Of a DNA stretch of 12,545 nucleotides, positions 1 through 6,647 are shown one piece after another. The DNA comes from Fibrobacteria bacterium. Its GTDB lineage: Bacteria > Fibrobacterota > Fibrobacteria > UBA11236. The stretch is from assembly GCA_043732185.1 (NCBI GenBank), contig JAYTHY010000062.1, positions 1-12,545 on the forward strand. The letters are read 5' to 3'. The position numbers were made by a program, and so were the translations under genes. How positions within the stretch are numbered: the stretch's first letter is position 1; each line of letters opens with the position of its first letter. The notes below the pieces were generated by a model that saw nothing but the letters and a program-made list of their open reading frames with translations, did no database searches and was not told the origin of the DNA.

Positions 1-1562
1 CCAACCACTCGCAGATTGAGTTCCTTTTCCATATTGAGAAGCCGGTTGGATTCCGTGCTGGCCATTTTAGCGAGCGGAATGCCCGTCATTTTGGCAACCA
101 CTTCCTGGATGACGTCTTCGTCCACCATCAGGCGCTCTTCGCGCTTTTGCTCGCGCCACTTTTTACGCATATCTTCGAGTTCAGCCTTGAGGCTTTCTTG
201 GGAGTCGCGCAGACTGGCAGCCGTTTCATAATCTTGATTCTCAACGGAGGCTTCTTTTTCCTTGATCACCGCTTCAAGCTCTAGCTCTTTGGTGCGCAAT
301 TCAGGTGGGATGGAAAGACTGGCCAAACGAACGCGGGCGCCGGCTTCGTCAATGATATCGATAGCTTTGTCTGGCATAAAGCGATCGCTGAGGTAGCGAT
401 CCGATAAGCGCACTGAGGCATCCAGCGCTTGCTCGGTATAGGTCACCTTATGATGCTGTTCATACTTAACCCGCAGGCCTCGGATAATAGCCAGTGTGTC
501 CACCAAGGAAGGCGGATCCACCACAATGGTTTGGAATCTCCGCTCCAAGGCGCCATCTTTTTCAATGTACTTGCGGTATTCATCCAAAGTGGTCGCGCCG
601 ATGCATTGGAACTCGCCGCGTGAGAGGGCGGGCTTGAAAATATTGGACGCATCCAAGGATCCTTCTGAACCACCTGCGCCCACTATGGTATGCAATTCAT
701 CGATGAAGATGATGACATTCTCATTCTTTTGCAGCTCCGTCATCAGGGACTTGAGGCGTTCCTCAAATTGACCACGGTATTTGGTGCCTGCCACAATGCT
801 ACCCATATCCAATGTGACAACGCGCTTGTTTTCCAGAATTTCCGGAATGTTGCGCTCCACTATCTTCTGGGCCAAACCTTCCACGATAGCGGTTTTGCCA
901 ACGCCGGGTTCACCGATAAGCACAGGATTGTTCTTTTTTCGACGGGAAAGTATTTGGATGACCCGTTCGATTTCCGGTCCCCGACCAATGATAGGATCCA
1001 ATTGCCCTTGGCGGGCTAGTTCCGTTAAATCGCGGCCAAAATGATCCAGAAACGGGGTCTTGGATTTTTTACGGCTTCCGGCAAACTCGCTGGTTGCAGC
1101 ACCGGCGCCCGCGGTGGCATCGCCACCACGAAGCACGCGTTCGATTTCTTCCTTCACGCGCTCGTACTCGACGCCGATGCTGGCGAGCGCATTGGCTGCT
1201 GCGGATTCATGATCCTTCATCAATGCCAAAAGCAGGTGTTCCGTACCTATATACTTATGGCTCATTGAGCGTGCTTCCTGCGCGGCAATTTCCAAAACCT
1301 TTTTTGCCCTAGGTGTAAAGGGAATCATTTGTCCAATGGTCATCATTCCCCCTGACGAGGAAATGGATTTCTCAATATTGCGGGCTAGATCATCCAGGTC
1401 GATGCCCAGATTCTTGAGTACCGCCACCGCTACCCCGTCGCCCTCGCGAATCAGTCCAAGCAGGAGATGTTCAGTTCCAACATAATCATTTCCAAGTCGC
1501 ACGGATTCCTCGCGTGCCAGTTGCATGACTTTCTTGACTCTATCCGTAAACATGCCGTTCAT
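1..1562 (-). CDS. clpC: ATP-dependent Clp protease ATP-binding subunit ClpC (5' part; continues beyond the left edge)
   Basis: Absent from the ORF track because there is no stop in the window; translated by hand from ATG 1562. It shows Clp-N repeat 1 ([37 protein letters not shown]), repeat 2 ([33 protein letters not shown]), [18 protein letters not shown] (Walker A), [21 protein letters not shown] (Walker B), [19 protein letters not shown] and a short UVR-type middle domain ([18 protein letters not shown]), which indicates ClpC rather than ClpA or ClpB. SD-like GGGGA lies 8 nt upstream, and the gene follows mcsA-mcsB. Confidence 0.96.
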   Translation of the reverse strand, partial: MNGMFTDRVKKVMQLAREESVRLGNDYVGTEHLLLGLIREGDGVAVAVLKNLGIDLDDLARNIEKSISSSGGMMTIGQMIPFTPRAKKVLEIAAQEARSMSHKYIGTEHLLLALMKDHESAAANALASIGVEYERVKEEIERVLRGGDATAGAGAATSEFAGSRKKSKTPFLDHFGRDLTELARQGQLDPIIGRGPEIERVIQILSRRKKNNPVLIGEPGVGKTAIVEGLAQKIVERNIPEILENKRVVTLDMGSIVAGTKYRGQFEERLKSLMTELQKNENVIIFIDELHTIVGAGGSEGSLDASNIFKPALSRGEFQCIGATTLDEYRKYIEKDGALERRFQTIVVDPPSLVDTLAIIRGLRVKYEQHHKVTYTEQALDASVRLSDRYLSDRFMPDKAIDIIDEAGARVRLASLSIPPELRTKELELEAVIKEKEASVENQDYETAASLRDSQESLKAELEDMRKKWREQKREERLMVDEDVIQEVVAKMTGIPLAKMASTESNRLLNMEKELNLRVV

Positions 1563-1615
1563 GATTTTATTCCCCGTTGGTACAGCCCAGTTTTGTCCAA
1601 GCTGACCCTTAGATT

Positions 1616-1644
1616 AAAATACCTGTTATAAATCAATTTCACAA
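1616..1644 (-). promoter_or_regulatory. Candidate sigma70-like internal promoter for clpC
   Basis: The AT-rich 106-bp intergenic region contains minus-strand TTGTGA (1644-1639), a 17-nt spacer and TATTTT (1621-1616). Motif match only. Confidence 0.3.
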
Positions 1645-1668
1645 TTAATTCCTCGATAAGCAACCGCA

Positions 1669-2760
1669 TCAATTCTTAGAACTCTCCAGTGCTAATCTTA
1701 CAACCTTTGCCCTGTATCTGTCCTCATCTTCTTTCGGAAGCAACCGATTTGAACTTACCCCGAGGTGACCGGATCCAGCGGTAACTCTCAGTTCTTCCGC
1801 TATCTCGGCCAATTTTGGGTTTAATATTCCTAGATACGCACCGAGACGTAGGTAGGACCCCATCTTTAAAAGCGATGGATAGGAGAGTACTTCCGCCTGA
1901 GAAAGCCCTTGCAGGGATTCTTGAACTCGATCTTCAAGGGTTTTATGCTGTTTTTCCATGCATCGGTCCTGCAATTTTTTTTCCTGAATCAGTAGAGGTT
2001 GGACGCTTCTCATAAAGCGTGTGTAAATGGCCGGCAGGGATTCACCGGCATTTCCCCGGGATTTCAGTAGAAATAATCCCGCCACTGCGGATCCTTCCAA
2101 AAAACTAACCGGGGCAAAACCCAAACCTAAGGCTACCATACCATTCCGCGCCTGGGGCAACTGACGCGCAAGTGCATGACCAGGCAGATGGACGAGTATT
2201 TCTATTTCCAGTCCGGGCCCCAAATGATCGGGAGCGGAGGTCAAATACCCAAGGCGCTCGGACCAAGCCCAAAGCTGTTGGCTGTCGGCCGAGGCATACT
2301 CCTCGATAAAATCTTTTTCCGTCAGGCATCCAGGATACATCCGGCCGAACACCATATGTTCGACTTCATTAACCAGAACCCAACGTTTAGCGGCAGCGTC
2401 TACATTCAAATACTTGAATTCTTTTTTTCCTGGAAAGGGAACGGAGCGTTCCGGCAACAAAAGTCTTTCCCGCAACATTCGGATAACTTGCGGCGCGCAA
2501 TCGGACAGACGGAAGACATCGTAACCACCCTGTTTGATCAACAGGTTCAATGCCTTGTCGGCAATGGCGGCACAAATACTGGGAGTGGCGGAAACGGTAA
2601 ACGGGAAGCCAGCAAAATTACGGAAGACGTGCACGCGCGTGAGCACCACGAATGGATATGGGCTCGCAAGCGCTTCCCGCCGACCCGTCCAGGCCACAGG
2701 CAGGCTGGCCAATTCACGCCAATCCAAGTCCGCCGCCGAACTTTCTTGAAGCTTCCGCAT
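1669..2760 (-). CDS. mcsB: McsB-family ATP:guanido phosphotransferase (protein-arginine kinase) homolog, catalytically degenerate
   Basis: Collinear with McsB: VLTRVHVFRNFAGFPF (~SSRIRLARNL.GFPF), VLVNEVEHM (~MINEEDHL), ERLGYLTSAPDHLGPGLEIEILVHLPG (~[23 protein letters not shown]), LEDRV...SYLRLGAYLGIL and C-terminal DRYRAKVVR. It lies between mcsA and clpC. The start is uncertain: ATG 2760 or TTG 2727 (MDWRELAS...). The track start at 2844 lies deep inside mcsA. Confidence 0.85.
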   Translation of the reverse strand: MRKLQESSAADLDWRELASLPVAWTGRREALASPYPFVVLTRVHVFRNFAGFPFTVSATPSICAAIADKALNLLIKQGGYDVFRLSDCAPQVIRMLRERLLLPERSVPFPGKKEFKYLNVDAAAKRWVLVNEVEHMVFGRMYPGCLTEKDFIEEYASADSQQLWAWSERLGYLTSAPDHLGPGLEIEILVHLPGHALARQLPQARNGMVALGLGFAPVSFLEGSAVAGLFLLKSRGNAGESLPAIYTRFMRSVQPLLIQEKKLQDRCMEKQHKTLEDRVQESLQGLSQAEVLSYPSLLKMGSYLRLGAYLGILNPKLAEIAEELRVTAGSGHLGVSSNRLLPKEDEDRYRAKVVRLALESSKN

Positions 2761-3031
2761 TCTGAATGAGCAGGCGGAGTCGCGCCGCTTCGCCATAATT
2801 TTCAACCTTGAGCGCTTCGGCCAGCATGATCCGCCATCGCGCAAGATTTTCGGGATCGGATGTGGAATCCAGTTCAGGAAAGTCCGGAGTCGCCTCTGAA
2901 AACTTTAATGCATGATGCATCCAGAGCAAATCGGCCTGCAAAGCCTCGCCAAAGCTGGCATAGCAATGGGTACACCCAAGTAAGCCGCGCGTCCGGTATT
3001 CACCCAACGTAAATCCACATTGCGTGCACAC
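2714..3031 (-). CDS. mcsA: McsA-like protein (CxxC motifs plus UvrB/UvrC coiled coil), N-terminally shortened
   Basis: CTQCGFTLGEYRTRGLLGCTHCYASF matches the McsA C..CG.T...F...GR.GC..CY..F motif. C-terminal LAEALKVENYGEAARLRLLI is a UVR motif. It lies directly upstream of mcsB-clpC. Start is GTG 3031, with CTG 3046 as an alternative. Confidence 0.85.
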   Translation of the reverse strand: MCTQCGFTLGEYRTRGLLGCTHCYASFGEALQADLLWMHHALKFSEATPDFPELDSTSDPENLARWRIMLAEALKVENYGEAARLRLLIQNAEASRKFGGGLGLA

Positions 3032-3038
3032 TGAAAAA

Positions 3039-3791
3039 CTATCCAGAAAGGCCTCCGGAGGAATCCCGCTCCAGATTCAATACTCCATTTTCCATCATGT
3101 AGACTCGGTCGGCCTTTGCCGCCAAATTAAGATCATGGGTTACCACCAAAATGGCCACAGACAAACGTTTGTTCAGATCGAGAAGTTGAGAATGCAGCAG
3201 ATCCGAATTTTTGGCATCCAGATTTCCGGAAGGCTCATCGCAAAGCAAGATGCCTGGCTCATTGATAAGGGCACGGGCCAATGCGATACGCTGACGTTCG
3301 CCGCCGGAAAGTTCTGCGGGGAGATGCTTGAGACGATGATCCATGCCCACCATTCGAATCAGTTCCAACGCCCTCTCCTCATCGGCTCGGCGCAATCTTC
3401 CTGCAATCCTACTGGGCATCAGCACGTTTTCTTTGACAGTCAAGTCCGGCATGAGATGGTGGAATTGGAAAACGAAACCGATTTCCTTATTGCGGATTTG
3501 GCTGAGTTGCTTGTCCGTAAGCCCCTCCGTATCCTTGCCTTTAAAAAGCACACGGCCAGCCGTAGGTCTGTCCAGCATGCCCAAAATGTGCAGCATGGTG
3601 CTCTTACCCACACCGGATGCGCCTTTGATGGCCACAAAGTCGCCGGTGGAAATTGCAAAGTTCAGATCCCGAAAAAGTTCGATGCGCGTGCCCGTTTCCT
3701 CGAAAACCTTTTGAATGCCGGAAACGGCTAATAGCGGTGTGGTCCTTAATGAAGGCGCGTCCGGTAAAGACACGTTCAAAGCATCACTCAT
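3039..3791 (-). CDS. lolD: Lipoprotein-releasing system ABC ATP-binding protein LolD
   Basis: Walker A GASGVGKST, IRNKEIGFVFQFHHL, signature LSGGERQR, Walker B LLCDEPSGNLD and H-loop VTHD. Overlaps the upstream permease gene by 8 nt. Confidence 0.9.
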   Translation of the reverse strand: MSDALNVSLPDAPSLRTTPLLAVSGIQKVFEETGTRIELFRDLNFAISTGDFVAIKGASGVGKSTMLHILGMLDRPTAGRVLFKGKDTEGLTDKQLSQIRNKEIGFVFQFHHLMPDLTVKENVLMPSRIAGRLRRADEERALELIRMVGMDHRLKHLPAELSGGERQRIALARALINEPGILLCDEPSGNLDAKNSDLLHSQLLDLNKRLSVAILVVTHDLNLAAKADRVYMMENGVLNLERDSSGGLSG

Positions 3792-5031
3792 GTCGGATGG
3801 CCTCCACAGGATTATGCCGCGCGGCTTTCATGGCCGGAAGAATGGTAGCCAAGCCGCATAAAACATTGGTGACGATGAGCACCATCAGCACATCAGCCAA
3901 GTGCAATTCCACCGGGAGCACGGTTACAAAATAAACATCACCGGGAAGTTGGATGATACCGAATCGGCTTTGCAACCAATAACTGAATAGGCCCAGCAGG
4001 GTTCCGGCGAACGATCCGGCCAAACCGATCAGCATGCCTTCCAGCATAAAGATGCGTAGGATGGAGTTGCGCGTGGACCCCATGGCACGCAGAATGCCGA
4101 TTTCCCGAACCTTGTCGTTTACGGCCATGACTAGGGATGAAATGATATTGAACGCGGCGATGATGATGATGATGCCAAGCGCCAAACCCACCAAAACCTT
4201 TTCATAGGACATCCACTTGATCAAGGTATAGTTCTTGGCTTGCCAATCCAGGGCTCGGTACGGGAAGCCCAGGCTGTCTTCCAAACTGTTGGCGATGGAG
4301 CCGCTTCGGTAAGGATCCTGTACCCGGATTTGCAAACCCGTTACGGCGTTTTGCATATCGAAAAGATGCTGCGCCTCCGGAAGTGAAATATAGGCCAAGG
4401 TTTCGTCGAATTGATACATGCCGGATTCAAAGGTCGCTGCCACCAGAAAGACGGAAATCTTGGGTGCGAATCCGGAGGAGCCCAATTCACCGGCACCGGT
4501 AAAATCAGCCAGGAACACCTTGTCGCCAACTTCTGCGCCGAGCCGCGCTGCCAGGGCATAGCCGAGAATGATCCCCGGAAAACTTTTGCCCGTGGAGTCC
4601 ACCAAACCGTTGAATGCGTATTTGCCATGTGTTATGGTTTTGTCCAATCCAATCACACCTGGACTGGTAGCCGTATCAATTCCGTAAACGACAATACCAT
4701 CCTGGTTTTTTTTGCGCGAGATGATGGTCTTGGCCATGATAAAAGGAGATACCGCTGTTACGTCCGGCGAGTGCTTTACGATTTGCAGCAGGGAATCATA
4801 GGCAAAGACAGGTGCGTACTGGTATTTGGTGATTTCAATATGCGCGTCCTTGCCGATCAGCTGTTTTTTCACTTCATGTTCAAAACCGTTGATGGCCGAG
4901 AGGACAAAGATGAGCAGCCACGTACCCACTGTGACACCGGCCGCCGAGAACAAGGCAATAAGGCCCGTGGACAAGGTGCGGCGTTGGGCCCAGAAATACT
5001 TCCGGGCGATAAACCATTCGAAATATTTCAC
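3784..5031 (-). CDS. Lipoprotein-releasing ABC transporter permease, LolC/LolE (possibly LolF-type) family
   Basis: N-terminal FIARKY...GVTVGTWLLIFVLSAINGFE, a large periplasmic domain and a C-terminal FtsX-like domain (IAAFNIISSLVMAVNDKVREIGILRAMG...IFMLEG...PGDVYF...LPAMKAARHNPVEAIRHE). GTG start; adjacent to lolD. Confidence 0.9.
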   Translation of the reverse strand: MKYFEWFIARKYFWAQRRTLSTGLIALFSAAGVTVGTWLLIFVLSAINGFEHEVKKQLIGKDAHIEITKYQYAPVFAYDSLLQIVKHSPDVTAVSPFIMAKTIISRKKNQDGIVVYGIDTATSPGVIGLDKTITHGKYAFNGLVDSTGKSFPGIILGYALAARLGAEVGDKVFLADFTGAGELGSSGFAPKISVFLVAATFESGMYQFDETLAYISLPEAQHLFDMQNAVTGLQIRVQDPYRSGSIANSLEDSLGFPYRALDWQAKNYTLIKWMSYEKVLVGLALGIIIIIAAFNIISSLVMAVNDKVREIGILRAMGSTRNSILRIFMLEGMLIGLAGSFAGTLLGLFSYWLQSRFGIIQLPGDVYFVTVLPVELHLADVLMVLIVTNVLCGLATILPAMKAARHNPVEAIRHE

Positions 5032-5068
5032 GCCAAGGTCTTCATGCGCATGGCTACCTGAGGGTTTC

Positions 5069-6610
5069 TCATTCCGGTTTCATCAACGGGAACAAAAGGA
5101 CGTCCTTGATGGTTTGACTGTCGGTTAAAAGCATCACCATACGGTCGATGCCGATGCCCACACCGCCGGTGGGCGGCATGCCGTATTCCAAGGTCCGCAG
5201 AAAATCTTCGTCCAGCGGATGAGTTTCTTCCTCGCCCCCGCGACCCCGGGCCACCTGTTCTTCCAGCAGTTTGCGTTGCACCAGCGGATCGTTCAATTCG
5301 GAATAGGCATTGCCGACTTCCCAGCCATTGATATAGGGTTCAAATTGCTCTACTAGATCGGCATCCGAGCGATGGGCCTTGCACAGCGGAGTGCTTTCCT
5401 TGGGATGATCGATGATGAAAATCGGGCCTTCCAAATGGGCTTCACAGCGCGCTTCGAACAACGCTTTAATCGCCAAACCCCGACTGAAACTTCCTTTGGT
5501 TTCGGCATGGCTTTCATAAAGGGCGTCCTTCAAGGCTTCATCCGTCATGGCATCTACGTCCAGTCCACCAAAATTTTTGATGGCTTCCTTGACGGTCATG
5601 CGCGGCCACGGCGGAGTGAGATCGAATTCTTTTCCCTGATACGTGAAGCGCGCCGATCCATTGGCGGCCGTACAGGCCAACGCGTACATGGTTTCGAAAT
5701 GCGTCATCATGTCCTGGTAATCGGCAAAAGCTTGGTAAAATTCCAACAAGGTGAATTCAGGATTATGGGTTCGGTCGATGCCCTCGTTGCGGAAATCCTT
5801 GGCGAATTCGAATACACGCGGGAAGCCGCCGGTGATGCAGCGCTTGAGATACAGCTCGTTGCTGACTCTAAGGAACAGGGGAATATCCAAGGCATTGTGA
5901 TGCGTTAGGAAAGGTCTGGCGCTGGCTCCCCCATAAATCGCCTGCAATATGGGCGTTTCTACTTCCAGATAATCCTGTCCCAATAGGTACTCACGCAGGG
6001 ATTGGATGATTCGGGACCGCTTTTTGAAAGTGGCGCGCACAGTATCATTCAAAGTGAGATCGATGTAACGTTGACGATACCGGGACTCCACATCCTTGAA
6101 CTCGTCGAAAATGATCTTAACGCCATCCTCGATTTTTTCTTTGGGTATCGGCAGCGGCCGCACCGCCTTGGACAAAAGCACCACGGTTCGGGCATGCACG
6201 GTATATTCTCCGGTGCGGGTGATGAACATATAGCCCCTCACGCCGACCCAATCCCCGATATCCAATAGCTTTACCAATTCAAAGCTGGGTTCACCCACGG
6301 CGTCGCGGCCAAACATGACTTGCTGGCGTCCCATGTCATCTTTGAGATGGATGAAGGCTAATTTGCCTTTCAAGTTGTACCGGACAATCCGGCCTGCAAA
6401 GGCGATTTCAGGCGCGGGGGAAGCTGCGGGTGTAGGGGATGCTGGAGTCACGGCGGCACTGTCGACGACGGGAAGTAGCTGGTCCTTGTCGGCAAGCAAC
6501 CCGGCACTGTCATGGGTAAAGGCAAAAGCATAAGGATAGGGATTGATCCCCATCGCTTTAAGTTTCACTAGCTTGTCCAACCGGGCTTCGACTTGGTCGT
6601 TTACTTCCAT
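5069..6610 (-). CDS. lysS: Lysine--tRNA ligase, class II
   Basis: N-terminal OB-fold (GINPYP, AGRI, LDIGDWVGVRG, TRTGE), RYRQRYIDL, EVETPIL, GGASARPFLTHHNALD, motif 2 FRNEGIDRTHNPEFT, NAYSELNDP and motif 3 YGMPPTGGVGIGIDRMVMLLT. Confidence 0.98.
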   Translation of the reverse strand: MEVNDQVEARLDKLVKLKAMGINPYPYAFAFTHDSAGLLADKDQLLPVVDSAAVTPASPTPAASPAPEIAFAGRIVRYNLKGKLAFIHLKDDMGRQQVMFGRDAVGEPSFELVKLLDIGDWVGVRGYMFITRTGEYTVHARTVVLLSKAVRPLPIPKEKIEDGVKIIFDEFKDVESRYRQRYIDLTLNDTVRATFKKRSRIIQSLREYLLGQDYLEVETPILQAIYGGASARPFLTHHNALDIPLFLRVSNELYLKRCITGGFPRVFEFAKDFRNEGIDRTHNPEFTLLEFYQAFADYQDMMTHFETMYALACTAANGSARFTYQGKEFDLTPPWPRMTVKEAIKNFGGLDVDAMTDEALKDALYESHAETKGSFSRGLAIKALFEARCEAHLEGPIFIIDHPKESTPLCKAHRSDADLVEQFEPYINGWEVGNAYSELNDPLVQRKLLEEQVARGRGGEEETHPLDEDFLRTLEYGMPPTGGVGIGIDRMVMLLTDSQTIKDVLLFPLMKPE

Positions 6611-6647
6611 GATTCCATCGCTTTCAAATCTGTCCGAAATCTACTAT

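Noticed and set aside
1592..1607. CtsR-box-like GGTCAGC-TT-GGACAAA on the minus strand upstream of clpC
   Set aside because: It has several mismatches and a 2-nt rather than 3-nt spacer, and no ctsR is adjacent.
1669..2760. mcsB as a classical pseudogene
   Set aside because: There are no stops or frameshifts over more than 350 codons despite heavy divergence, and structural motifs are retained.
2761..2844. N-terminal extension of mcsB in the 391-aa track ORF
   Set aside because: It overlaps the mcsA UVR motif in another frame and has no McsB similarity.
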